Shown here one piece after another: positions 17,053-25,477 of a stretch of DNA of 27,417 nt. The notes under the pieces are model-generated. The model did not search any database, was not told where the DNA came from, and saw only the letters and a program-made list of their open reading frames with translations. The translations under genes and the position numbers were made by a program. The stretch lies in IMG/VR virus record IMGVR_UViG_3300025585_000140, positions 1 to 27,417 of that record; one strand, given 5' to 3'. The DNA comes from a virus. Its lineage: Duplodnaviria > Caudoviricetes. The first letter of the stretch is position 1. Every line of letters begins with the position of its first letter.

Positions 17053-17144
17053 GGCTTGGCTCGGGATTGTCTCAGTTTTTCTGAGATGTTCCCCGAGTTC
17101 ACACCGTTTTCACTCACAACTTACGCTGCGAGGCGACCGTGATA

Positions 17145-17408
17145 ATCGTAATACGTGCTCAAAGCCTCTTCGTTGCCTTCGAGCGTGTCATCGCCCGAAA
17201 TACCGGCACCGGAGAGCTGCATACGAAGACCAATGCGGATACGGTCGCCCGCACTCTTCTTGGTTTCGTCTTTCCACTGGACAAGCGAGTCCGCCGACTT
17301 CCCCAGGAACCGCGAGAAATACGTTTCGCGCAGTGCCTGATAGAAAAGCTTCTTGGACCACAACTTGACCGCAAGGGGGTGATTCACCCCATACGTTGAA
17401 GCTGCCAT
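17145..17408 (-). CDS. Major capsid protein, exon 1
   Basis: AGGAG RBS; MAASTYGVNHPLAVKLWSKKL...AGDRI...GDDTLEGNEEALSTYYD (88 aa). Confidence 0.92.
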
Positions 17409-17597
17409 TTTGGCACTCCTATCTCGTTGATTGGGTTCAAATGCCGCGAACGCGCGGCTTCGTGCCCTTTGACGAGAAGCAAGTCGGAGTGCCTTGTTTT
17501 ACGACGGCGGCACCGTCGAAGCGTCCTTTAGGGTCTGACGTGACCAGCCTTTGACGCGGCTAACCGTGGCCCCAATGCGCTGGGGTGAGCGAACTTG
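17409..17597 (-). promoter_or_regulatory. Structured scaffold-capsid intergenic leader with repeated hairpins
   Basis: 189-nt gap; CGTCAAAGG occurs twice (17548-17556, 17466-17474); four stems with loops containing an AAA run. Confidence 0.45.
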
Positions 17598-18530
17598 TCA
17601 GCGAAGCCCCATGATCTTTTCCATGTCGCGCGTCCATGCGTTCGCGTCTCTGGAACCGTAGGTCTTCGCAAAATCATCGTCGTCCATCTGAAGCAATGCC
17701 TCAATGGTCGGTGTCCCCGGTGCTGCCTTGCCGGGAGCGGCAGAGGTGGACTTCGACGCCGCCAGCCCGCGCTGGATCGTGTCGAGGTTCGGCCCCTGCT
17801 GTGTCTGTGTTGGTGCCTGTGGCTTGGGAGCGGCTCCCGTGTATCCACGCTGCTTGGCGAGTTCGTAGGCGACCTGCGCCGGGTTCTTGTTCTGCTGGCC
17901 TGCCCGCTGGACAATCTGCATGGACCAGAAGCGAATGGCTTCTTCAGGTGATGCACCCAGAGCCTGCGCTTCCTGTGCCCATGAGGCGAACAGGTGCTGC
18001 TGTGCCTGATGGTAGTCAGGCGTCGACTTGGCGAATTCCTGCTCAAGCCGCGAGACTTCCGTGCCGATCTTCTGCAGGACTTCCTGCTGCTGCGTCACCT
18101 GCTGCGTCTGCTTGCGCCAGGATTCGGCCTCCTGAAGCTTGCGCTCCAGTTCCGCCTGCTTGGCTTGGAAATGGCCGATGGGGTCGCTGTTGATGTCCGG
18201 GATTTCCGGGGCCTTCGGCAGATCACGCTGTGCGTTCTGCTGGGCAATGATGGCAAGGCGCTCGTTCAGCTTTGCCATGTCGGCAGCGTAGCGGGCCTCC
18301 AGTTCCTGCTTGGCACGCTCTGCGGCTTCTGCCTTCTGCCTTAGGGCCTTGAAGTCACCCTTGCGGACAAACTGGCCTTCGTTGTCCCGCTCTTCCTCGC
18401 CCTCGGCTTCAGGCTCTTGTGCCTGTTCCTGTGGCTTCAGGGCGGGGTCTGCGGCCTTCGGGGCTTCAGTCTCCGGTTTCTCCAGTTCGGCAATTTCGGC
18501 TGCTTCATCAGCCAGCACGTCGTCTTTCAT
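17598..18530 (-). CDS. Capsid scaffolding protein
   Basis: AGGAG RBS before ATG 18530; acidic N-terminus, coiled coil, NPAQVAYELAKQRGY; lies upstream of the capsid gene. Confidence 0.8.
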   Translation of the reverse strand: MKDDVLADEAAEIAELEKPETEAPKAADPALKPQEQAQEPEAEGEEERDNEGQFVRKGDFKALRQKAEAAERAKQELEARYAADMAKLNERLAIIAQQNAQRDLPKAPEIPDINSDPIGHFQAKQAELERKLQEAESWRKQTQQVTQQQEVLQKIGTEVSRLEQEFAKSTPDYHQAQQHLFASWAQEAQALGASPEEAIRFWSMQIVQRAGQQNKNPAQVAYELAKQRGYTGAAPKPQAPTQTQQGPNLDTIQRGLAASKSTSAAPGKAAPGTPTIEALLQMDDDDFAKTYGSRDANAWTRDMEKIMGLR

Positions 18531-18548
18531 GTTTGCTCCTGTCATGCG

Positions 18549-19148
18549 TTAGGCGGCTCGAACCCATAGGGCCGGGGCTATTGACGCTTCTGTCACAGCC
18601 GAGGTTGCAGTAGCGGGGAGTGTGTAAGTTGCCCATGTCCCGACAGACTCGGCGTTCGAAACAATGGAAGGGCCTACTGATGTAGCGTCAGGGACGGACG
18701 CACCGTAAACCTGCAGGCTGATGGGCGACCGGACTTCGTTTGCCCATGCTCGAAGAGTTGGTTGCGTTGCGCTCGCACCAGCGGCGCGATTTGCAATGAT
18801 GGCAATCCATGACCAGCCAGCTGGCAGTGTCAGGGACAGCGTAACAGTAGTGTTACCTGTGCCCGTGCCGACGACCGTGCGGCCATTGTCGATAAGCCTG
18901 CCACCCGGTCGCCCATTGCTGGTGCCATAGACACCCGTACGAACTTCGTTTTCTGCCGCGCCTGCGCCTGTCGTAATGGCAAAGGCAAGACGGTCAATCG
19001 CCATTGGCGTGGGCGTGTAGAGCGGCTGGAAGTACAGCGTGTTTTCAACAAGGGCGAGCGTCGTGTTCGTCACGAACCCGGGCTGGGTGTAATAGCGCCC
19101 CGCGACATATCCGGGATGTGGCGATCCTGTCTGTGTGTAAATGGGCAT
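18549..19148 (-). CDS. Hypothetical beta-rich virion accessory protein
   Basis: Thr/Ala/Gly-rich; LYFQP...IDRLAF.ITT...VRTGVY...GRPG pattern. Confidence 0.6.
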   Translation of the reverse strand: MPIYTQTGSPHPGYVAGRYYTQPGFVTNTTLALVENTLYFQPLYTPTPMAIDRLAFAITTGAGAAENEVRTGVYGTSNGRPGGRLIDNGRTVVGTGTGNTTVTLSLTLPAGWSWIAIIANRAAGASATQPTLRAWANEVRSPISLQVYGASVPDATSVGPSIVSNAESVGTWATYTLPATATSAVTEASIAPALWVRAA

Positions 19149-19153
19149 CTAGA

Positions 19154-19450
19154 TCACCATTCGATTGCGCTAAACGCTTGCGATGTCGTCGCACCGATAA
19201 TGCTGATGGCATTGATGGGCCGCATCGTCTCCGGGCTTTCATACATAGCCCCTGGAATGAGCGTGAAGGATGACCCTGTGCCCGTGGTCACAGCAGTCCC
19301 ACCCACATCATTGATGAACAGGTTGCCGCTGGACAGGTTCTGCACCCGATAGCCCATGCGCTTGGGATCAGCCGCGCAAAGCGCCTGCGCCGTTCCTCCC
19401 GCCGCAATCGTGGACGATAGGTCTGTAGGGCGACCTGATCCGTGTGACAT
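19154..19450 (-). CDS. Small beta-sandwich protein (possible head spike base or decoration)
   Basis: GGAAGGA RBS; R.GYRVQNLSSGNLFI...SFTLIPG pattern. Confidence 0.55.
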   Translation of the reverse strand: MSHGSGRPTDLSSTIAAGGTAQALCAADPKRMGYRVQNLSSGNLFINDVGGTAVTTGTGSSFTLIPGAMYESPETMRPINAISIIGATTSQAFSAIEW

Positions 19451-19464
19451 GGTGTAGTTCCTTC

Positions 19465-19767
19465 CTAGTGGGTCATGAGGAGCAGCACGATGGCGTCCTC
19501 CTCGTCGCGCTTGCGCGCTTCAATCCGTGCGATGTGGTCTTTCAGCAGGACAACCACGCTCCCATCCATCGTCGGGAGTGGTGGCGGGGTCTGCGGCAGT
19601 TCAATCTCAACCCGCTTGCGGGCTTTCTTCGGGGCCTTGGGCTTAGGCTCGTCGGTATAGGTGGGCTGCTTGCCCCTGCCCGTCCGTGCGAATTTCTCTT
19701 TGCCCTTGAGGGTCCAAGGTTCGGCCTGCCCCAGCGCAAAGACGCCAAGGGCTTCAAAGCCAAGCAT
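19465..19767 (-). CDS. Hypothetical protein coupled to the fibre gene
   Basis: TAATG overlap; MLGFEALGVFALG N-terminus; DEEDAIVLLL C-terminus. Confidence 0.65.
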   Translation of the reverse strand: MLGFEALGVFALGQAEPWTLKGKEKFARTGRGKQPTYTDEPKPKAPKKARKRVEIELPQTPPPLPTMDGSVVVLLKDHIARIEARKRDEEDAIVLLLMTH

Positions 19768-21488
19768 TAGCGCCTCGCCTTCTTCAGGCTCTCCACTTCA
19801 GCCTTCAGGGCTTCCACTTGCTCGTAAACTGTCTTGAAGGCCGCTGTCTGCAACTCAAGCGCCAGGATGATGCGATTGGTGCGCTTCGCATTGCTCTCCT
19901 CATTCGGCACCCAGTTGGCCTTTGTCTTCAGACCCGGCAGGGCTTCATCAGCCAGCATCTTGTCAAAGTAGGCTTTGGGGTCGCGTGGGTCGAAGCCTTC
20001 GTCCAGCATGGCTTTGAACTCATGGGCGAGTTCGTTGCGGCGCTTGATGGTCTTGGCGGGTGTGACCTTCCTGACCGTCTGCGGCACCCACTCAATGCCT
20101 ACCTGCTCGCCCTTGTCATTGAGGACGGGGTGAGCCTCAAGCGGGGTCGCCTTCTTGCTCGTAGCCTCGACGCGCTTGAAGGTGCCGTCCCGCTGCCGCT
20201 CGACACGGACTTCAGGCTCGGACAACTGAACGTCGATCTCAACAATCTCTTCGCGTTCTTCGGCCTTGAACTCAACATCTATCGCGTACTCGTCCCACAT
20301 TGCCGTGTTGACGGTGCCGGATTTCATGAACTCGACAGGGGCGCAAAGCAGGACGCTGTCATCATAGACGGCGGTTGCGTTCAGCGTGCCGTTGCCCTTG
20401 GCTCCGCCTGTCGCGCCATTGCAATAGACACCATTTGCGATGAACAACACGTTCGACAGCGTTCCGGCAATCGTCGTCGTGAAGTTGAACTGGCTGTCTT
20501 CGCTGGTGTCTGTCGGGTCGAGGATTTGCCCACTGATCGTGCCGACCGTCCACAGGTTCCCGCCACTATCTTGCGCAGTGAACGAGAACAGGCCCACAAG
20601 GTCATTCGCAGCCGGGGAGGACGAAAGGCGGCGCAGCACCATGTTGGGTCCTGCCGCCGCCCCGCTGTCGGTATAGGCACACAGGAAAGGCGTTGCAGTG
20701 AACGTATTGATTGCGCTGAATGTGTTCGCCCGGCCCTCTGTCGGGATGTTGACGCCCTCAACAGAAAGCAGGCCAGCCGAAACCCTGGCAAGGGTCGTGT
20801 CCGATGCGTTGCCGACATTGATTGCCGTAAACTGCGGGCTGTCACCCGTGCCCAGTCCCAGCGTTGTCCTCTGCGCACTTGCGTCCGCGTCATCAAGCAG
20901 ATCGCGCCCTGCTGTCGTGAACGTGGCAAGTGCTGCTGTGCCTGATCCCGTGAAGTAGGGTAGCCGATCAGCGGCGCTTGTCAGCCCCGCAATGGCTGCT
21001 AACTCGGCATCGTATGCCTGAACATCAACACCGATCTCAAGGTTGACCGCGGCTTTGAAGTTGGCCTCGCTCGTTGTCTCAAGCAGGCTGCGTCCGTAGG
21101 TAGCGGTCGTCAGGGCCGCAATGCTCGTCAGGTCAGCATCAAGCGGCTGATAAGCCCCCGCTGCTGCAGCTGTTGTCAGGAAGGTGTCGAAGTCTTCCTT
21201 GGCCGCTGTGATGAAGACCTCAGACCGCCCCGTCAGGCTGATCTTTGAGCCACCATTCGTGGAACTGTAAACCGTTGCCCGTGTGAGGGTCAGGCCGGAC
21301 GCCGTATAGACCCCCGCCCCGATCTCACGATGTGGCCCGCAATAGAGCGCATAGGTGACTGTGGCCCCATCCGTGACCCCAGCATTGTCAAAGGTCAGGA
21401 AGGATGGAACAGCAGTCGTGAGTGTAAGCGTGCCCGTGCCTGTCGTCTCGGTATACATCCGGGCGAGGTTGGCGAGCGTGTTAGCCAT
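19767..21488 (-). CDS. Fibre protein with a C-terminal chaperone-like coiled-coil domain
   Basis: QPLDADLTSIAAL and QAYDAELAAIAGLTSAADRLPYFTG...RTTLGLG fibre repeats; C-terminal heptad VYEQVEALKAEVESLK. Confidence 0.8.
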   Translation of the reverse strand: MANTLANLARMYTETTGTGTLTLTTAVPSFLTFDNAGVTDGATVTYALYCGPHREIGAGVYTASGLTLTRATVYSSTNGGSKISLTGRSEVFITAAKEDFDTFLTTAAAAGAYQPLDADLTSIAALTTATYGRSLLETTSEANFKAAVNLEIGVDVQAYDAELAAIAGLTSAADRLPYFTGSGTAALATFTTAGRDLLDDADASAQRTTLGLGTGDSPQFTAINVGNASDTTLARVSAGLLSVEGVNIPTEGRANTFSAINTFTATPFLCAYTDSGAAAGPNMVLRRLSSSPAANDLVGLFSFTAQDSGGNLWTVGTISGQILDPTDTSEDSQFNFTTTIAGTLSNVLFIANGVYCNGATGGAKGNGTLNATAVYDDSVLLCAPVEFMKSGTVNTAMWDEYAIDVEFKAEEREEIVEIDVQLSEPEVRVERQRDGTFKRVEATSKKATPLEAHPVLNDKGEQVGIEWVPQTVRKVTPAKTIKRRNELAHEFKAMLDEGFDPRDPKAYFDKMLADEALPGLKTKANWVPNEESNAKRTNRIILALELQTAAFKTVYEQVEALKAEVESLKKARR

Positions 21489-21491
21489 CGG

Positions 21492-23630
21492 TTACTGCAG
21501 GACCTTGCGTGTGCCAGCGACTGCGCCTGTCAGCGGATCGCGGATGACTTCGTTAGGTGCTGCCATCAGGGCAATGAGGCTTTGCGTCTGCTGCGCATTC
21601 TGCTGGATGAGGCCCTGCGTCTGCTGGACGTTCGCGGCCATGACCTGGCCCATCTGCCCGATGCCCTGGAGCAATGCCGCGATCTGCGGGTCCTGACCGA
21701 TAGGCGTTTGCACCTTGGCCATGACTTGGCTGAACATGTCAGCGTTTGCGACCTGCTGGCCTTGCAACTCTGCGCGCTTCAGGTCTGCATCTGCCTTGGC
21801 CTTCTCGGCTTCGGCGCTGGTCTTCTGCACATCTGCGGTCTTGCCTGCGATTTCCAACTGCTTGGCCTGCTGCGCTTCCTGGACCTTCTGCGGGTCAGGG
21901 TTCTTGATGCTGTCGATGAGCGACTGAGGCAGTGGCAGGTATTCCATGACCTCGGGCGGCGGCTGGATGCCTGCCTGCATGAGCATTGGAAGCAAGCCTT
22001 GGAGGATGGCCCACGTCTTCTCTTTCTGGTTCGGCGAGGATGGGCTTTCGTCAATGATGACATCATAGGTTGACATGCCGTCTTCCTTGAGGAGCGGCAC
22101 GTATTCCTGACCCTTCTCGCCAATGATGCGGATGAGCCTGCCATCAGCGATGTAATTCTGGATGAGGTACAGGAGCGACTTGCCCTGCTCCTTGCGGTAT
22201 TTGCGGAGAGCATCGAACAAGGTCGCTAGGATCGTAACGCCCGCCTGCTTGCGCTGGTATTCCAGCACCGCAGCCTGCTCATGGCCCACACTGCCCAGCA
22301 TTTCAGGTGAAACACCCGACACGCGGTAGATGCTCGAGATGCTGAAATCCATCAGCTTGGCAAGTTCAGGCGGAAACGGCGGCGGGGCCTTGGGCTGTAT
22401 CTTGCCGGCAGCAACCGTACCAGACTTGACCACCGTGACCCTGTCCGGCTGCGCCCAGCTATCCTCGAACTTGGCCATGTTGTCCACGGCGTCATCTTCG
22501 ACCACCACGCCCCCTTTGGCATTGGTGTTCAGGATGAACATGGACTGGCTGAAGAACTTGTTGGTCCACCGCTGCGGGTCACGCATGGGGCGGACAAGGC
22601 CATACCAGCACGACTTGTTGCGGTCGCGCTTGGCGGTCATCGCATGGTAGGTAAACGAACTCGGGTCAGGGCACTCGCTGTCTTCCAGCAGCACAGAGCC
22701 GACCTTGTAAGCCCTGCGGTAGACGCACTTGGTCTGCTTCACGGACTTGAGCGGAGGGATGCCAGCGGCCTTCGCATTGGCTTGGACCGTCTCATGCTCC
22801 TCGGTCGACAACTCGGCGACCTGGCCTGTCTGCGGGTCTTGGATGCGGTAGAACGGAACGCGCGATTTATACTGGTACTCGACCAGCTTCACCAACCGCT
22901 TCGACTTCGCCTGCTTCGGGTTCGTGCCCTTGGCATACTGGTCGCCCACCACGTTGTGATGGCTTTCGCCGTCAAACTGCTCGTTGTCCTTGGTGTCGCC
23001 GGACATCACGTCGAGTTCGTCAGCCTTCTCAGGCCACGTATCCGTCAGCCACTTGTGGCTTACCATCCGCTCGCGGATCAGGTATTCGGCGTCTTTGTAG
23101 TTCTTCTTCTGCGAGCCGGGGTCTGGCAGGATTTCGAGGGGATCGACCCGCTCGATGATAATCATGCCGTCTTGGTCGTACTCGTAGTCAAGGCGGGTCT
23201 CGGTCCAGCCTTCGCCACAGATGACCATGTCAACGAAGGCTTCTGAGTCCTCGTCCTCGGCGTTGCACTCGTCTCTGACCCACTCGGCAGCGCCCGTGAG
23301 GATTTCGTTCTTCTTGCTGTCGCCGAGTTCACGCGGGAGGTACTTGACCTCCTGACGGTTGGTGACTTCAAGGCCAGCAACCACGTTCACAACGGGTTCG
23401 ATGAGATTGTAGGCCACTGGTGGCCGGCGCTGCTTGCGGAGCGCGTCCAGTTCTTCCGGCGACCACTGCGTTCCCGCAGTCATGCCGTAGCATTCCTTGG
23501 CCTCTTCGATCCAATCAGCACGCTTGCTGCGCGCTTCCTTGGCACAGGCGTCAATGGTCGCAATGAGGTCGGAGGCTTCGAGGTCTTGGCCTTCGCCGCC
23601 CTCCCCACCCATCATTACGCCGTCATCCAT
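21492..23630 (-). CDS. Portal protein (P22-like)
   Basis: 712 aa after terL; GTQW...RRPP..YNLI.P.V..V.G.E, YGLVRPMRDPQRWTNK, YDVIIDESPSSPNQKE; helical C-terminal barrel. Confidence 0.92.
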   Translation of the reverse strand: MDDGVMMGGEGGEGQDLEASDLIATIDACAKEARSKRADWIEEAKECYGMTAGTQWSPEELDALRKQRRPPVAYNLIEPVVNVVAGLEVTNRQEVKYLPRELGDSKKNEILTGAAEWVRDECNAEDEDSEAFVDMVICGEGWTETRLDYEYDQDGMIIIERVDPLEILPDPGSQKKNYKDAEYLIRERMVSHKWLTDTWPEKADELDVMSGDTKDNEQFDGESHHNVVGDQYAKGTNPKQAKSKRLVKLVEYQYKSRVPFYRIQDPQTGQVAELSTEEHETVQANAKAAGIPPLKSVKQTKCVYRRAYKVGSVLLEDSECPDPSSFTYHAMTAKRDRNKSCWYGLVRPMRDPQRWTNKFFSQSMFILNTNAKGGVVVEDDAVDNMAKFEDSWAQPDRVTVVKSGTVAAGKIQPKAPPPFPPELAKLMDFSISSIYRVSGVSPEMLGSVGHEQAAVLEYQRKQAGVTILATLFDALRKYRKEQGKSLLYLIQNYIADGRLIRIIGEKGQEYVPLLKEDGMSTYDVIIDESPSSPNQKEKTWAILQGLLPMLMQAGIQPPPEVMEYLPLPQSLIDSIKNPDPQKVQEAQQAKQLEIAGKTADVQKTSAEAEKAKADADLKRAELQGQQVANADMFSQVMAKVQTPIGQDPQIAALLQGIGQMGQVMAANVQQTQGLIQQNAQQTQSLIALMAAPNEVIRDPLTGAVAGTRKVLQ

Positions 23631-25075
23631 GTCTCTTCGTTTCCTTCACGCCTTCGTCTGGCGTACTTGTCCATGTTCGGTGCCTGGGCCGTGCCCTTGG
23701 CGATTCTCAGCATCATCAGTGCAATGCGGGTCGCGGACATCAGATCGTCTCGCTCCTTGACGATTAAGCCGTCTTTCCGGTGATACATGCGGAACTCTTC
23801 GAACCACTCGCCCAGATTGGCGAAGACTTTGAGCCTGCCCGTCGTCATCCGATCCAGCATCATGATGATGCCAGCCTCTAAGCCGTAGCCACCGTCTGAG
23901 CCGTCCGCATTCGTCGGGTGCTTCGCGTGTTCGAAGTGCAGTTGCAGCCCTTGCTCGCGGTAGGCTTGAGCGAGTTGCTTGCCAGATGTCTTGTCGTGCT
24001 GAAGGCCATCGTGCGGCCAAGCCCACGTCAACTGTTTGCCCCACGGCTTGAGCGCAGCGGCGTGGATGAGAGGTATCGCCTCGCGCATCCGGTAAATGTT
24101 CGTGACGTAGACCGTGTCGCTGTCCCGATCCCATGCCAGCTTCACAGCAGCGAAGGGATGGTCCCAGCCGAAGTCCATGCCGCCTAGTTGCGGCCACCAT
24201 TCCGGGATGGGGAATGGCTCGCACTTGACGACTTCTTCAGGCACAGGAAACACCCGGCCTGACCCCATGATGGGGATGCCCTTGGCGCGCGCCTCGCGTT
24301 CATGCGGCGGGTAGCCTGCGATGATCTTGGCGCGCTCTTCAGGCGTGTAGTGTTCAACGTCATCAATTGTCATTTGGGTGATGGAGCGATCTTCGCTTTT
24401 GTCCATCAGGAACCTCGTGACAACATCAGACATGCCGAGCAGCGGTGTGAAGGTAAGCCACACCATGCCGCCCGTGGCCTGTGTACGGGTCAAGCCTTCG
24501 CTGTAGATATCAAGCGGCGGCTCTTCATCGAACCATAGGAAGTCGATGGTGTCGCCCTGCCACTTTTCGCGGCCTTTCTCGTAGGACTTGAGATAGACGA
24601 TGGACTCGCCGCCACTCTCGTGCCTGACCTTCACATGGTCCAGGAGGTCCGGGACGCCACGGGCTGCTGGGCTGTCAACTATACATGCCTTGGGGATGTA
24701 GCCTGTGCCGTGGCGACCGGGACGCCCTATCAGAAGGCGCTGAACAGTGTCGCGTGTACTCTCGCCAGTAACGCCTGCCACCCATGCGGTGGTCGGTCGA
24801 TCCCAGCGTCTCCCTGTCCACCAGTCAGGGTATCGCCCTGTGAGGTGCATGGCAGTCTCTGCTGCGCCCGATAAAGTTTTTCCGAGCTGATTTCCCGACA
24901 TAAACAGGCGCTCACGGTACTTGGTGCCGTTCGCGTGGAACTCAGCCTGCTTTGGATATGGCCTGTACGTCTTGAGACGGTTTTCCGCCTGCCGCGTCTG
25001 TAATGTCTTCTCCGCTGCTGTCAATAATGCCAAGAGCTGATCTTGCGGCAGCGAGGATAGCGGCGAGTTGTTCAT
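23615..25075 (-). CDS. terL: Terminase large subunit
   Basis: Walker A SGNQLGKT, Walker B WFDEEP, motif C TFTP, RNase H-like GMDFGWDHP and DDLMSATR; start probably ATG 25075. Confidence 0.96.
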   Translation of the reverse strand: MNNSPLSSLPQDQLLALLTAAEKTLQTRQAENRLKTYRPYPKQAEFHANGTKYRERLFMSGNQLGKTLSGAAETAMHLTGRYPDWWTGRRWDRPTTAWVAGVTGESTRDTVQRLLIGRPGRHGTGYIPKACIVDSPAARGVPDLLDHVKVRHESGGESIVYLKSYEKGREKWQGDTIDFLWFDEEPPLDIYSEGLTRTQATGGMVWLTFTPLLGMSDVVTRFLMDKSEDRSITQMTIDDVEHYTPEERAKIIAGYPPHEREARAKGIPIMGSGRVFPVPEEVVKCEPFPIPEWWPQLGGMDFGWDHPFAAVKLAWDRDSDTVYVTNIYRMREAIPLIHAAALKPWGKQLTWAWPHDGLQHDKTSGKQLAQAYREQGLQLHFEHAKHPTNADGSDGGYGLEAGIIMMLDRMTTGRLKVFANLGEWFEEFRMYHRKDGLIVKERDDLMSATRIALMMLRIAKGTAQAPNMDKYARRRREGNEETWMTA

Positions 25076-25346
25076 CCGTGATGTCCCCAAAGGTGTCCGA
25101 CTTGATGGTCAGTTCCTTCGGTATGATCTGGGCAATGACCTTGAGGTAGACATCAGGTTTCTCAAGCCTGACAGCCTCAATGACCCTTGCACCGTGCTCC
25201 TGGAAGTCTTCATGAAGGGCGGCAACAAATGCCTCGCCCAACTTGTTCTTGCTGCCCTTGGGGCGGCCTGCATTTCCGGGCTGGAACCTGAATTCAACAG
25301 GAGGCTCCCGTTTTACTCCCGTTTTTTCGGGTAAAGCGAGGCTCAC
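24942..25346 (-). CDS. terS: Terminase small subunit
   Basis: GTG 25346 with GGAG RBS; FQPGNAGRPKGSKNKL...HG..VIE.VR.EKP..YLKVIA; overlaps terL. Confidence 0.8.
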   Translation of the reverse strand: MSLALPEKTGVKREPPVEFRFQPGNAGRPKGSKNKLGEAFVAALHEDFQEHGARVIEAVRLEKPDVYLKVIAQIIPKELTIKSDTFGDITDEQLAAILAAARSALGIIDSSGEDITDAAGGKPSQDVQAISKAG

Positions 25347-25365
25347 GGTTTCAGTCTCCAGACGC

Positions 25366-25402
25366 AGAAAAGGGCCAGTGCGTGGGAACTCGCGCTGACC
25401 CT
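25366..25402 (-). terminator. Intrinsic terminator in the late-operon leader
   Basis: AGGGTCAG-C-GCG-loop-CGC-A-CTGGCCCT followed by TTTCT, about 20 nt before terS. Confidence 0.6.
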
Positions 25403-25448
25403 GATGATTGAAGCGCCGCAATGCAGTCGAAGCGGCGAACATACGTGA

Positions 25449-25477
25449 TTTGTACCGATTCACCTCACTTTTTTCAA
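25449..25477 (-). promoter_or_regulatory. Putative late promoter
   Basis: TTGAAA (25477-25472), 17-nt spacer, TACAAA (25454-25449), in the only sizeable gap upstream of terS. Confidence 0.5.

Larger units (their letters stand above)
16311..17144 (-). mobile_element. Group I self-splicing intron (IA-like, with P7.1/P7.2) carrying an HNH homing endonuclease
   Basis: P1 CGAU/GUCG with U.G at the 5' splice site; P2 CTCGCAGC-GTAA-GTTGTGAG; P3 CGGTGT/GCACCG; P4 CTCGGG/CCCGAG; P7 GATCA/TGATC; P9 CTGCATG-GTGA-CATGCAG; terminal G; removal restores a 364-aa in-frame capsid. Confidence 0.93.

Noticed and set aside
15480-17408. Capsid as a pseudogene, or as two separate genes (95 aa and 280 aa) broken by an HNH insertion
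   Set aside because: A complete group I core and precise in-frame rejoining explain the split; the TTG at 16322 lies inside the intron and lacks an RBS
17409-17597. CRISPR mini-array or tRNA in the scaffold-capsid gap
   Set aside because: The repeats are only 9 nt with no regular spacing; no cloverleaf or T-loop consensus
19818-20945. 375-aa plus-strand ORF and other long plus-strand ORFs (15756-16583, 14205-14999, 21330-22073)
   Set aside because: Almost entirely overlap well-supported minus-strand genes; typical codon-bias shadows
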